Origin: an uncultured virus (IMG/VR IMGVR_UViG_3300031993_000026)
Taxonomy: Duplodnaviria; Heunggongvirae; Uroviricota; Caudoviricetes
Direction: 5' to 3' (one strand)
IMG/VR virus record: IMGVR_UViG_3300031993_000026
Location: 62,001 to 126,000 of that record
Length of the DNA stretch: 64,000 bases
Position numbers and translations under genes: made by a program. Under the pieces are notes generated by a model. The model saw only the letters and a program-made list of their open reading frames with translations. It was not told the origin of the DNA and made no database searches. Positions 47,455 through 57,151 of the stretch are shown here, piece by piece; within the stretch, counting starts at the first letter, position 1; each line of letters starts with the position of its first letter.

Positions 47455-48174
47455 CTATTCCATATATTTGCTCAACTCGTCCTTCGCCCTTGCGGTTGAC
47501 GGTCTGGTGTAGTTGAGTATCGTCACCCCGTTGCGAGACGCGAACTCGAATATGTCCCTGTCGATGCCGTCCCAGAAGTTCTCATTCCCTCCGAACTCCG
47601 AGACGCAGTATGCGTAGTGCATTGCGTATCCGAGATAATTCGTGTCCCCGCCCCGAATGCGTGCAACCCACTCGTCATAGTCGCCCGACATCTTCGAGAG
47701 GATTTCGTCCCTTGAACCGTGCCCTCTCCTTATTGCTTTCTCCACATCCCTGCGGTGCTCCTCCATAACTTCGAGAACCTTGCCAACGAACTCCCCGCTT
47801 CCCTTCGTGTCGATGTCCGCGTAGAGCCTGTCGTTCCCAGTGGCGTAACTTCTCGGTGCTTCTATGCGGTCGAACGAGAGCCTGAATGTGTCCCCGAACA
47901 CCTCCGAGTAGTACCTTTGCATCTGCTTCGTGTAGAACTTCCCGACAGCCTTCTTGTACTCGTCCCAGTTGGTCTTCCATTCGTGGCGGTACTGCGGCTC
48001 GTGCCCGAAGCGCGTTTCGTATTCGTTGGCATCGAGCAGGTCGTCATACCTGTATTCGCTCCATTCGGTCTTGTGGAAGCCCTTGAACGAGGGTATCACT
48101 ATGCTTCCCCTGTCGAGCATACCGACATTCACGCTTTCGTTCATTTCCGTAAAGTCCTTAAATTTGAGTATCAT
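47455..48174 (-). CDS. Leader-bearing protein (MILKFKDFTEMNES)
   Basis: Leader family; TATAAATA at 48202-48209 (-). Confidence 0.75.
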   Translation of the reverse strand: MILKFKDFTEMNESVNVGMLDRGSIVIPSFKGFHKTEWSEYRYDDLLDANEYETRFGHEPQYRHEWKTNWDEYKKAVGKFYTKQMQRYYSEVFGDTFRLSFDRIEAPRSYATGNDRLYADIDTKGSGEFVGKVLEVMEEHRRDVEKAIRRGHGSRDEILSKMSGDYDEWVARIRGGDTNYLGYAMHYAYCVSEFGGNENFWDGIDRDIFEFASRNGVTILNYTRPSTARAKDELSKYME

Positions 48175-48219
48175 AGTCTGTTCAAAGTTTATACTATATG
48201 TTATTTATATTGCGGTTTT

Positions 48220-48251
48220 TCTGAAATTCCTATTTATTCACTATATATTAG
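48220..48251 (+). promoter_or_regulatory. TCTGAAA-N14-CTATATATTAG motif (copy 7)
   Basis: About 50 bp nearly identical to copy 8. Confidence 0.75.
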
Positions 48252-48283
48252 GTTTGGAAAGAAACAATTAAAAATTAAAGAAA

Positions 48284-48769
48284 ATGGAAAGTAACGACAA
48301 AAGCAAAAGCGCAATGAATACGATGACCATCGTCTTGCGCGACAAGGAAATGATTAAGGAAATACTCAAGGACGAAGATTGCCTTGTGAAGATTAAGGAC
48401 AAGGCGGTTGCGCAGGCATCGAAGCAACTCGCGAGGAATTTGCTGTTCAACGACGACTATGAACTTGACAGCCAAGCAGCAGACATCATCGTCAAGGAAT
48501 TGTTTGAACAGCGTGGCGGACGACTTATGCTCCGCGACAGGTATTCGAGCGTTTTGAACACCGCCGTCAATGAAATAATCGAGAAGGTGCTGAACGAAAG
48601 GCTTGAAGAGATTACCAAGAAACTCAACACCGAGATTGACCGCTTCAAGTCGAACATTGAGCATTTCATCGAGGACTGGGAGATTGAAAAGAAAGCCGAT
48701 AGAATACTCCGCCAGAGCATAGAGGAAAAGGTCGGTGATGTAGTAAAGCAACTTATTGGCAAGAAATAG
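48284..48769 (+). CDS. Hypothetical helical protein
   Basis: First ORF after promoter motif. Confidence 0.7.
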   Translation: MESNDKSKSAMNTMTIVLRDKEMIKEILKDEDCLVKIKDKAVAQASKQLARNLLFNDDYELDSQAADIIVKELFEQRGGRLMLRDRYSSVLNTAVNEIIEKVLNERLEEITKKLNTEIDRFKSNIEHFIEDWEIEKKADRILRQSIEEKVGDVVKQLIGKK

Positions 48770-48773
48770 CACT

Positions 48774-48992
48774 ATGACGAAGAACGAGGAACTTGCGAAG
48801 AAACTTGCCGACTGCTCGGCGATTGTGGACGACGAGACCGAACACCTGATATATTTTCACGGTGCATTGAGGATGGCGAAGGAGAAGGACAGGATGTTCG
48901 TGGAATGGTTGCAGTCCAAGATTGAACTTCCGAAAGAACTGAAAGACGAACTCTTAAAGGAATTTGGCGATGGAAACGAAAACAACGGTTGA
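48774..48992 (+). CDS. Small hypothetical protein
   Basis: Operon packing. Confidence 0.6.
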   Translation: MTKNEELAKKLADCSAIVDDETEHLIYFHGALRMAKEKDRMFVEWLQSKIELPKELKDELLKEFGDGNENNG

Positions 48993-49344
48993 CAACCACA
49001 ATGAATATTTCCTGCGTGGCAGGATGCAGGAACTTATCGGCGAGATAGTTGCAGGGAACGGCAGGGTAGGCTTTGCTCCGCTTCGCTTTGAAAATAACGC
49101 AACCCCGTTTTCGGACGGCTGTGCAAGGGAGGTCAGGGACCTGCCGATATGCGACTGCGTGGCGGAGGCTGTCTCCGTCATAACGGTCGGCTCGGAGGGC
49201 GACGAGGAAGTGATTGCGGAGTGCTACAAGGCGGGCACTCGCACGCCGATACTCGTGCGCGTTTCGGAACTCGGCTATATGAACACGCTCAAACTTTTGT
49301 GGCGCGTGCTTGGTGCTTGTATTGTTGAACCAAATAGAAAGTAA
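48970..49344 (+). CDS. Hypothetical protein
   Basis: Operon packing. Confidence 0.6.
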   Translation: METKTTVDNHNEYFLRGRMQELIGEIVAGNGRVGFAPLRFENNATPFSDGCAREVRDLPICDCVAEAVSVITVGSEGDEEVIAECYKAGTRTPILVRVSELGYMNTLKLLWRVLGACIVEPNRK

Positions 49345-49349
49345 CGATT

Positions 49350-49670
49350 ATGAACAAGCAGATATTATCACTGGCGGGCTGGAACAGCGAGATACTCCGA
49401 AAGGGGGACATAGTGCTGTTCAAGGTATGGCACGCAAGCAAAGGAAAGTTCACGCTCCACGCTGGCAGGGTCGTAAAGGGCTACGGTGTTGAAGAGGAAG
49501 ATGAAATCAAGGGCAACTGGCGCGTGGAAGACCTTATTTCGGGCAATGAATACTACCCGTATGCTTCGGATGTGTGCAAGTTGGAGCGGGGAGGCAATCC
49601 AGTAATGGGGGTTGAAGCCACATTGGTTGAAACTCCGAAACCGCATAAATTTACAAGCAGGGAGGAATAG
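49350..49670 (+). CDS. Hypothetical protein
   Basis: Operon packing. Confidence 0.6.
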   Translation: MNKQILSLAGWNSEILRKGDIVLFKVWHASKGKFTLHAGRVVKGYGVEEEDEIKGNWRVEDLISGNEYYPYASDVCKLERGGNPVMGVEATLVETPKPHKFTSREE

Positions 49671-49672
49671 CA

Positions 49673-49912
49673 ATGGAAGGAATAACGAACAGAAGGCTTG
49701 CACAGGACTTGGAGAGCATACGCGAGATGCTCAAGGACTACAGCGAGGCTATATGGTGTCGTCAGGAGGGCAGCCCAGCCGACTACGACCACCAGATGAA
49801 ACTTGTAAGGCTCGCTATGTGCGATGTCCGTACTGGGCTTTATCTGGCACAGGAGGCGTTGCGCAAGTTGACGGAAGTCGGAGTGATTGAAGATACGGAG
49901 GAAAGACGATGA
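49673..49912 (+). CDS. Small hypothetical protein
   Basis: Operon packing. Confidence 0.6.
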   Translation: MEGITNRRLAQDLESIREMLKDYSEAIWCRQEGSPADYDHQMKLVRLAMCDVRTGLYLAQEALRKLTEVGVIEDTEERR

Positions 49913-50619
49913 GCGATAGTTTTGAATACGAAAAACTCAAGGAGTGGATGGACAGCCCCGAAGGGCAGGAGGCACTCGAAAGGGAAGCGGAGAAGATAGC
50001 CCGTGCGGAAAAAGTGAAGAAGAACTTTGCGAAGCGCATAAAGGCAATGCCGATGGCGGAGCAGGACAAGTGGATGCGCAAAGTAATCGCCAAGTATGCT
50101 TCGGACGGGTATAAGAAACGCTGGTACGACCGTGGCATATTCCCGCCCGAAGACCTGTTCTACTACATAGGCGAGTTTATCGTGTGGAACGGTGTTGAGG
50201 TTGGGGAGACGAAGGACGGAGAGCCGATATTCCAGTATAACCACTGGCGTATGGACTGCAAGTGCGGGCAGGGCGAAACGCACTACAACTTCGAGTATAT
50301 GGAGGATATTCCAGACAAGTACGGTCGCTACACGAATTCGGACAGGTACTGGGAGAATGTGTTCTTCTCGGAGACCAACCGCGACAAGGACTTGCACGGT
50401 GCGTTCGCCGAACTCCACGACAGGCTCGTGAACGAGATAGTCGCCTTCTGCAAGGAGCGTGACATTGATGTCGTCGATGTGTCCCTCAATGTGAGCAATG
50501 TGCTCGGAAGCAAGGATGCGGGCGAATGGACACCAGCGACCGACAGTTGTATGAAGATGTTTAAGTATAATGAGGACGATGACATCGACTATGACGAGCC
50601 GTTCCTCTACAGGATATGA
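49909..50619 (+). CDS. Hypothetical protein
   Basis: ATGA overlap with upstream gene. Confidence 0.7.
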   Translation: MSDSFEYEKLKEWMDSPEGQEALEREAEKIARAEKVKKNFAKRIKAMPMAEQDKWMRKVIAKYASDGYKKRWYDRGIFPPEDLFYYIGEFIVWNGVEVGETKDGEPIFQYNHWRMDCKCGQGETHYNFEYMEDIPDKYGRYTNSDRYWENVFFSETNRDKDLHGAFAELHDRLVNEIVAFCKERDIDVVDVSLNVSNVLGSKDAGEWTPATDSCMKMFKYNEDDDIDYDEPFLYRI

Positions 50620-50623
50620 CATT

Positions 50624-50788
50624 ATGGCAGGAAAAGTTAATAAGGAAATCATAATTGAAAGCGCGAAGGAATACGCCCGTACCCATTCGGATGTTACGGG
50701 CAATCCTCCGCAGTGGCTCTATGACGCTCTCTATTGCGCATACATTTCAGGCGCGGAAAGGGCACTGGGAATAAGAATTATAAACTGA
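50624..50788 (+). CDS. Small hypothetical protein
   Basis: AKEYA...AYISGAE motif; fills gap. Confidence 0.55.
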   Translation: MAGKVNKEIIIESAKEYARTHSDVTGNPPQWLYDALYCAYISGAERALGIRIIN

Positions 50789-50793
50789 AAGAT

Positions 50794-51717
50794 ATGGAAA
50801 TGACTTCAAAGGACGAACTTGCAAGGAAATACAATCTGAAACTCAACCCGACCACTGGGCTGTATGATTGTGATGGTGATGTCAAGGTTGAAAATGATTT
50901 GGTTGAGGACGGAAGACTTGTCATTAGGTTCGGAACGGTTAGGGGGGATTTCTATTATGGCTGTAATAACTTGTCCGCACTCGAAGGAACACCGAATGAA
51001 GTGGGCGGGGATTTTGATTGCAGTCATAGCAAATTGACTTCCCTCGAAGGTGCACCAAAGAAAATTGGTAAGAATTTCTATTGCAACAGCAACAACTTGA
51101 CTTCCCTCAAAGGCTGTCCGCAAAGCGTCGGTGGGGATTTTGATTGTAGCCATAACAGTCTGACTTCCCTTGAAGGAACGCCACGCGAAGTAAGCGGGTG
51201 GTTCGATTGCAGTTATAACAAACTAACCTCCCTCAAGGGCGCACCACAGAAGGTTGGCGAAACTTTCTATTGCAACAAGAACAATCTGACTACGCTTGAA
51301 GGAGCACCACAGGAAGTCGGTGAAAGTTTCTATTGTGACCGCAATAGACTTACATCCCTCGAAGGCGCACCGCAGGAGGTCGGTAGGCATTTTGATTGTA
51401 GCGTCAACAAACTTACTTCCCTCGAAGGTGCACCGCGTGAAGTTAGCGGGTATTTCTATTGCTATGGAAACGACTTGACATCGCTCGTGGGCGCACCGCA
51501 TAAGGTCGGCAGGGGTTTCTATTGCCATAATAACAAACTTACTTCCCTCGAAGGTGCACCACGCGAAGTCGGTGGGAATTTTGGTTGCAGTTATAACAAA
51601 CTGGCTTATGATGAAGCCCACTTCTACGGCTTCCTTCCAAAAGTCATCGGAAGTGAATTGGTAGCGGATGACGGGTGTGACTACGAACTGGCTAAAACAT
51701 ACTACAAAAAGATATAG
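50794..51717 (+). CDS. Leucine-rich-repeat protein (22-aa repeats), no leader
   Basis: About ten LTSLEGAPxxVGxxFxCxxN units (66-bp repeats). Confidence 0.85.
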   Translation: MEMTSKDELARKYNLKLNPTTGLYDCDGDVKVENDLVEDGRLVIRFGTVRGDFYYGCNNLSALEGTPNEVGGDFDCSHSKLTSLEGAPKKIGKNFYCNSNNLTSLKGCPQSVGGDFDCSHNSLTSLEGTPREVSGWFDCSYNKLTSLKGAPQKVGETFYCNKNNLTTLEGAPQEVGESFYCDRNRLTSLEGAPQEVGRHFDCSVNKLTSLEGAPREVSGYFYCYGNDLTSLVGAPHKVGRGFYCHNNKLTSLEGAPREVGGNFGCSYNKLAYDEAHFYGFLPKVIGSELVADDGCDYELAKTYYKKI

Positions 51718-51744
51718 GAATAATTAGGATTAAAACTAAACGAT

Positions 51745-52230
51745 ATGGAAGATATTTTGTACAGGGCGCAAAGACGCTCGGATAGGAAATGGGTACACGG
51801 CTTCTATGTAAGGCTCGATGACGAGTACAGAAACCGCACGAGCCACAGAATATATTCGGGCTATGCCGAAACGGACTGCGATGACTTCTTCGGGGACTGG
51901 GACGAGATAGACCCAGATACGCTTGGTGTGTTGCTCGGCGAGGACGGCAACGGCAACGATGTTTACAGCGGGGACATACTCCGCTCGGATATGTATCCGT
52001 TTACCAGTGACGAGGAGGACAACTACTATGCGTGGGCGTGCTTTGACGATATGCACGGCTATCTCTATTGCATAAAGAACAGGCTGAAGGAAGATAACCC
52101 AGTAAGCGGTGCAAGCGAGGGTAACACCTACGAACTTGAGGACTTGAGCAGGTTTTATGTCATAGGCACGGAGTTCGACGACAACCTGAAGGGATTGTTC
52201 CCATCAAGAGATGAAAATAACAATGAATAA
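51745..52230 (+). CDS. YopX-like protein
   Basis: ILYRAQR..KWVHGFY..IDPDTLG..D.NG..VYSGDIL..VIGTEFD. Confidence 0.7.
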   Translation: MEDILYRAQRRSDRKWVHGFYVRLDDEYRNRTSHRIYSGYAETDCDDFFGDWDEIDPDTLGVLLGEDGNGNDVYSGDILRSDMYPFTSDEEDNYYAWACFDDMHGYLYCIKNRLKEDNPVSGASEGNTYELEDLSRFYVIGTEFDDNLKGLFPSRDENNNE

Positions 52231-52240
52231 CATTTAGTAT

Positions 52241-52531
52241 ATGGCAAGGAAAAGAGAAATAGAAATAGAGGAATTTGCGAAGGAGGTTGGTCGCAAATGG
52301 TACAATGACGGACACGAGAGCGTGGCATACGCATCCGCAAGGCAGGGCGCGTTGTGGGCTGATGAGAACCCTAAACCGAACTTGGTAGATGTTGACAAGG
52401 CTACCAAATGGTTTAAATCTTGGAATATGCTTCGATATGTTAGTGAACATCTTGATGAAGATGGCTACCCAGAAAATGTCTTTGATATGGACGAATTTAT
52501 AGAGGACTTTAAAAAAGCAATGAAGAAATAG
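52241..52531 (+). CDS. Small hypothetical protein
   Basis: GALWADENP..FIEDFKKAM; related to next gene. Confidence 0.65.
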   Translation: MARKREIEIEEFAKEVGRKWYNDGHESVAYASARQGALWADENPKPNLVDVDKATKWFKSWNMLRYVSEHLDEDGYPENVFDMDEFIEDFKKAMKK

Positions 52532-52533
52532 TT

Positions 52534-52896
52534 ATGGCAGGAGAAAGAAAGAAGGAGATAAGACAGGCTTCGATGATAATTGCTGGTGGCAAGGTGTCGT
52601 CGGAGAACTTTGTGCGCGGTGCGGAATGGGCTGACAGCAACCCGTCGCCGAAGGTGCTTGAGAAGGGAATGAAGAAACTCGGTCTGCGCACGGACAAGGA
52701 CGGCAACCTTATCACGAAGAAGGAGTTTGCCGACGACTTGAAGAACCGCGACACAATCCAACGGGAGAAGTTAATATCAAGGGCAGCCGAGTGGCTGAAG
52801 GGGCACGCATATCTCTATAAAGAACATTCGGACACCCCGTACAACGACTTGGATTTGGTAAGGGATTTCATAGTTGCAATGGAGGAGGACAAGTGA
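52534..52896 (+). CDS. Small hypothetical protein
   Basis: GAEWADSNP..AAEWL..DFIVAME. Confidence 0.65.
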   Translation: MAGERKKEIRQASMIIAGGKVSSENFVRGAEWADSNPSPKVLEKGMKKLGLRTDKDGNLITKKEFADDLKNRDTIQREKLISRAAEWLKGHAYLYKEHSDTPYNDLDLVRDFIVAMEEDK

Positions 52897-53210
52897 TGTG
52901 CGCAGTTAAGATGCTTTTGTTGTTTGTCATAGTTGCGTCGCTCCTTTCCGCTTGGCTGTGGAAAGTGAACGCGGTGTGCGACTATATGCTCGGTGTGAAC
53001 GCCCGATGCGCTCGCATAATATCGAGATATGCCGACGACCATAATCTGACGGACGAGGTGATGGCGAACATAGGCGATATGATTGTTGTGTGGCACGAGA
53101 TAATGGCAACGCCGTACTCGAAGATGATATGGTCGTTCAAGCCTCTGGCTGACGAGAGTTTCTTTGACGGAAAACAGTTAAGGCTTTTAAACGGGACATT
53201 ATATGATTGA
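52893..53210 (+). CDS. Small protein with N-terminal TM helix
   Basis: Hydrophobic N-terminus. Confidence 0.6.
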   Translation: MMCAVKMLLLFVIVASLLSAWLWKVNAVCDYMLGVNARCARIISRYADDHNLTDEVMANIGDMIVVWHEIMATPYSKMIWSFKPLADESFFDGKQLRLLNGTLYD

Positions 53211-53643
53211 ACAGGAGAGAAAGATATTGCACGGTGCATTGTGCCGTATGCTTCCCTATGGCGTGAAGTTCATAGTGAAGGTGACCGTTGGTGAATCGCC
53301 CGAAGGTGAAATCAAGGTCAGCAAGGTCGCGACTATGAGCGCGATTTCGGAAAAGACCGTCATAGTGAAGTTCGACAACGGGGGCGGATATATGGAACTG
53401 CCTCTGGAAAGCCCAGAGTGCAGACCAGTTTTGCGCCCTATGGAATGGATGAAGCCGAATGAGTTGAGTGAGTTCACCGACTTCGCGAGCCAGACCAACC
53501 ACAGTTTCTGGCATTGCGGAAGCCGATACTGGTACAACGCATACGAGGAGGAGGACTGGCTTGAAGCCCACCACTTCGACTATCGCGGTCTGCTCAAGAT
53601 GGGCTTGGCGATAGATGATATGCAGGGGCTATATATTGACTAA
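53203..53643 (+). CDS. Phage protein with LRPM...FDYRGL..GLA motif
   Basis: Motif shared with 59376-60275. Confidence 0.7.
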   Translation: MIEQERKILHGALCRMLPYGVKFIVKVTVGESPEGEIKVSKVATMSAISEKTVIVKFDNGGGYMELPLESPECRPVLRPMEWMKPNELSEFTDFASQTNHSFWHCGSRYWYNAYEEEDWLEAHHFDYRGLLKMGLAIDDMQGLYID

Positions 53644-53655
53644 ATATAAGATTTT

Positions 53656-54084
53656 ATGATAAGCGAGAAGATAAGGGAACTTGAAGAACGGCGGAGCAGG
53701 CTCGAAGAGGAGCACAGCGCGGTGCTGGAGGAGATAGCGAAACTGAAGTACAGCCGAAAGGACGAACTCCTTGAAGAACTCAAGGAAAAGTTCGTGGGCA
53801 AATGGGCTGTCATCGACGAGGGGGACAGCGGTATCGAGATTATGTTGATAAACTCAATCACCCCGTTTTCTGGCAGTGACACGGAGAATTTCATATTGGG
53901 CGGATATGATGTCTATATGTCCCGAACCCGCAACTACTATATGTGCGGTGAGGAGAGGAACACATACACCGTTTCCGACCTGAACGAGATGCGACTGCCG
54001 TCAGCCGATGAGGTGGGTATGATTATCGGGAAATGCAGGGACGGCTTCAACAGGTTTATTGACAGTGCTGAAAAAATCGGATAG
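53656..54084 (+). CDS. Hypothetical protein, N-terminal coiled coil
   Basis: Operon packing. Confidence 0.65.
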   Translation: MISEKIRELEERRSRLEEEHSAVLEEIAKLKYSRKDELLEELKEKFVGKWAVIDEGDSGIEIMLINSITPFSGSDTENFILGGYDVYMSRTRNYYMCGEERNTYTVSDLNEMRLPSADEVGMIIGKCRDGFNRFIDSAEKIG

Positions 54085-54087
54085 GCT

Positions 54088-54810
54088 ATGGAAAGTATAA
54101 GCGACATTTTGAGGAATGTTCCGTGCGGTGCGGACATCGGGCTTTATTCGCCTATGTTCGGCGAGTGCAAGTTCGTGCGCATAATGGAGGGCTGTGATGA
54201 AATAGTTGTGCTGCACGGGGAGAAGTTCGGGACGCAAGATGAATTTTTCTCCGACGGGAAGTATTACAGGACGGGCGAGTGCCTTTTGTTTCCAAGCAAG
54301 GGGCACAGGAGTTGGGAAAATTGGCAGGACATTCTTTTCCCGCAGACCGCTGCTGCGGTGGTCAAGGACAAGTTAGGCGGGCTTTATTCGATAGTTGCAA
54401 GGGACGGAGGCGTGTCGGTGCTTGACAGTGCTGGTCATACGGTCAGGAGCGACGCGATATATGATATGACATATGCGACCGTCGATGAGGCGGAGGTGTT
54501 CTACCGCAAGGTTGCCCTCAACTGCGGGGTGGAGAAGGAAGACTTGCAAAGCATCAACTGCAAGCCGTTCACATATTCGGACTTCAAGCCGTTTGACAGG
54601 GTGGTGTGCAGGCGGAAATGCGATGCCAGCCGAACATACGACAGCGATGTGTGGCGCATTGACTTCTTCGGCAAGTATTACGGAGGCTGGTCAGTGCCTT
54701 ACCAGTGTATGACGGACAACTACGACCAGTGCGTGCCGTACAACGAGGAGACGGAGAAACTCATAGGCACTCGCGATGACTATGCTGGTCGCTACAAGAC
54801 TTGGAGATAG
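54088..54810 (+). CDS. Hypothetical phage protein
   Basis: LYSPMFGEC..ECLLFPSK..RSW..FKPFDRV..CVPYNEETEKLIGT. Confidence 0.7.
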   Translation: MESISDILRNVPCGADIGLYSPMFGECKFVRIMEGCDEIVVLHGEKFGTQDEFFSDGKYYRTGECLLFPSKGHRSWENWQDILFPQTAAAVVKDKLGGLYSIVARDGGVSVLDSAGHTVRSDAIYDMTYATVDEAEVFYRKVALNCGVEKEDLQSINCKPFTYSDFKPFDRVVCRRKCDASRTYDSDVWRIDFFGKYYGGWSVPYQCMTDNYDQCVPYNEETEKLIGTRDDYAGRYKTWR

Positions 54811-54817
54811 CAAAAAG

Positions 54818-54846
54818 AAAAACTCGGAGCGATGTCCGAGTTTTTT
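54818..54846. terminator. Bidirectional terminator
   Basis: AAAAACTCGGA-N6-TCCGAGTTTTT between convergent genes. Confidence 0.85.
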
Positions 54847-54867
54847 ATGTCCTGATGTGATGCCGAA

Positions 54868-55326
54868 CTAATAGAGGAGGGGCTTGACGGACTTGAACTC
54901 GAATGTCCCCGCAGCCTTTTCGCACCTTTCCTTCAGTTCCTTTATGTCCGATTTCTCGTATGCGTATATGAAAAGGTCTTTGCCCAGAATGACATTTCCG
55001 AACTTGTGCATATTGGCTTGTATCCTGTCATAGTCGTTAGGTTCTATGTCCTGTTTGTCCCAGTCATATATCGCAAGCCAGAACTCACGGCTTGCCGTTG
55101 TGTTGGTAAAGTCTTCCATTTCTCTTTTGAGCCTGAATGTGAACTTGTACCTCGGCATATTCTCGAAGTCGTCCTCATCGTGCCACAGCCTTAAACTCAC
55201 ATCCTTTCCGTTCGGAAAGGATATTCCAGCGAGAGGGGTGTTCCTGATATATTCCCCTGCGGAATTTTTAAGTGTGTCATACCCTCTCATTTCGGTTATA
55301 AATTCATTATATCTCAATACGCCCAT
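54868..55326 (-). CDS. Leader-bearing protein (MGVLRYNEFITEM)
   Basis: Leader family; TATAAATA at 55349-55356 (-). Confidence 0.75.
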   Translation of the reverse strand: MGVLRYNEFITEMRGYDTLKNSAGEYIRNTPLAGISFPNGKDVSLRLWHDEDDFENMPRYKFTFRLKREMEDFTNTTASREFWLAIYDWDKQDIEPNDYDRIQANMHKFGNVILGKDLFIYAYEKSDIKELKERCEKAAGTFEFKSVKPLLY

Positions 55327-55361
55327 AATGGTAAGTTATATTCTTACTTATTTATATTTTT

Positions 55362-55393
55362 TCTGAAATTCCTATTTATTAACTATATATTAG
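55362..55393 (+). promoter_or_regulatory. TCTGAAA-N14-CTATATATTAG motif (copy 8)
   Basis: Heads a run of small genes. Confidence 0.75.
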
Positions 55394-55424
55394 TTATGGA
55401 AAGAAACAACAAACATTAAAGGAT

Positions 55425-55922
55425 ATGAATAACGAAAATCAAACGACGGAATACTACAAGGGCGGTCAGTTCGTACTGAAGTTCCGCCAGTCGATAGGCG
55501 TGAACGATGTGGACTACGCCCAGCAACATTGGGCTGATGCGCTTCGGCTTCACGGGGACGCTGGTTGCGCAATGCGCAACTATCCCGATGTCATTATGTC
55601 GGCGAGCGTGCCTGACGACTGCAACGAGGACGAGTCGCAGGTAATCTATGTGATGAAGCGTCCGCAGGGCTATCCGAAGAGCAAGGAAGTTTGCCTCGGT
55701 ATGTTCGTGCCGATGCTTATTCCGATAGGGACTGGCAACAAGGAGTATTTGCTCGTGCCGTGCTTTCTTAACGCATTGACATCTTGTGAAACAGGCTACG
55801 ACTGCGATGCGCCGTCTGCGATAAGGATGGATATTGGGAAACTCCACTATGCCGTGAACGACAGCGAACTGTTCGAGGTTGTAAAGAAGTCATACAAGAC
55901 ATTGGGAATGTACTTTAAATAG
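55425..55922 (+). CDS. Hypothetical protein (paralogue of next gene)
   Basis: Ends KKSYKTLGMYFK. Confidence 0.7.
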   Translation: MNNENQTTEYYKGGQFVLKFRQSIGVNDVDYAQQHWADALRLHGDAGCAMRNYPDVIMSASVPDDCNEDESQVIYVMKRPQGYPKSKEVCLGMFVPMLIPIGTGNKEYLLVPCFLNALTSCETGYDCDAPSAIRMDIGKLHYAVNDSELFEVVKKSYKTLGMYFK

Positions 55923-55929
55923 AACGGAT

Positions 55930-56418
55930 ATGATAGGAAAGGAAATAACATTCAAGTTCCCGTACAAGATGCGGGAGGATTTCAAGCAGTCGTACAAGCG
56001 TTGCTGGACTGAATCGGCATTGCCTGTGGAGTACGGCTACACGAGGTTGCAGACAAACGAGCCGCTTTATGTGAAGCCCGAATACAATGCCGACGGGGAG
56101 AAGGTATTGAAGGTTGTCGGACGCGACTGGTTGCCTCTCGGTGAGTTTGCGCTTGAATACGAGGGTGATGTTCCTGAACTCCGCTTCTACTCGCAGTTGT
56201 ATCTCGGTGCGGAGAACAAGGACTATTTCAAGGCGATGTGCATAGCCAATGCGCCAGTCGGTATGACACCGAATATGGTCTTGTTCCCGCGTGATGTCGA
56301 TGCGAGCGAACTGGAGCAGGCGACGAGAACGGAGGGTGCTTGCTTCGTGGTTACGGAGAGAGACCTTCTTGCAGCGATAAAGTCGGCGTATGCCACGATA
56401 GGTATGTTGTTCAAATAA
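55930..56418 (+). CDS. Hypothetical protein (paralogue of previous gene)
   Basis: Ends KSAYATIGMLFK. Confidence 0.7.
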   Translation: MIGKEITFKFPYKMREDFKQSYKRCWTESALPVEYGYTRLQTNEPLYVKPEYNADGEKVLKVVGRDWLPLGEFALEYEGDVPELRFYSQLYLGAENKDYFKAMCIANAPVGMTPNMVLFPRDVDASELEQATRTEGACFVVTERDLLAAIKSAYATIGMLFK

Positions 56419-56429
56419 AGGATACGGCT

Positions 56430-56693
56430 ATGCAGACATTTACAAGGAAGGACTACGACAGCGTAATGGAGGTGGTCGGGCATATAAACACCCTCAATGC
56501 TTCGGGCAGAGGGGGCGAAGCCGTTGCCGTGCTTGACAATATGCTTGCCGAAAGGGGATACTCCCACAGGCACTATCGGGCGGTTACGCTTGCGGTCGCA
56601 AGGCTGGCGGAGAGCAAGGGTGTTGACTTCCGCACATATATTCCAGCGGATGACGAGATTGACGGAATACTTGAAACACTGAACAGGAGATAA
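56430..56693 (+). CDS. Small hypothetical protein
   Basis: Operon packing. Confidence 0.6.
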   Translation: MQTFTRKDYDSVMEVVGHINTLNASGRGGEAVAVLDNMLAERGYSHRHYRAVTLAVARLAESKGVDFRTYIPADDEIDGILETLNRR

Positions 56694-56696
56694 ATT

Positions 56697-56894
56697 ATGG
56701 ACAAGATTTATTACATCGAGAACACCGTTGACGAGTGGCACACCAAGATTTCAGGCTACTTTGCCACATTCGACAAGGCGAAGGAGGCGTTGAAGGACTG
56801 CTGTGACTGGTACAGACCGCAAGGCACTGGAAGGATATACGAGGTCGAACTTGGTCTCGGCAAGCGGGAGAAACTCGTTTACAAGAACTATTAA
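56697..56894 (+). CDS. Small hypothetical protein
   Basis: Operon packing. Confidence 0.6.
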   Translation: MDKIYYIENTVDEWHTKISGYFATFDKAKEALKDCCDWYRPQGTGRIYEVELGLGKREKLVYKNY

Positions 56895-56908
56895 GGGGGA
56901 GTGCGGAT

Positions 56909-57151
56909 ATGGAATTTGAAGTTGACAAGTTGCCGTTTGACGGGTATGCGGAGGCATATCTTGAACGCAGGAGCGATATGCTCGGCAAGAAGCACTACAA
57001 CATTGTGTTCGGCAAGCCCTACACCGACATTGCGGACGCACCGACAGGATACGAGTTGCCTTGCGATACCTACAAGCATATCGGGAAAGTGAAGATAACC
57101 ATAAGTGAAACATTGGACATTACGAAGAATGAGGAAGGTACTGCTGAATAG
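56909..57151 (+). CDS. Small hypothetical protein
   Basis: Operon packing. Confidence 0.6.
   Translation: MEFEVDKLPFDGYAEAYLERRSDMLGKKHYNIVFGKPYTDIADAPTGYELPCDTYKHIGKVKITISETLDITKNEEGTAE

Noticed and set aside
50950..51610. 66-bp periodic DNA repeat as a non-coding array
   Set aside because: Fully explained by the in-frame 22-aa leucine-rich repeats.
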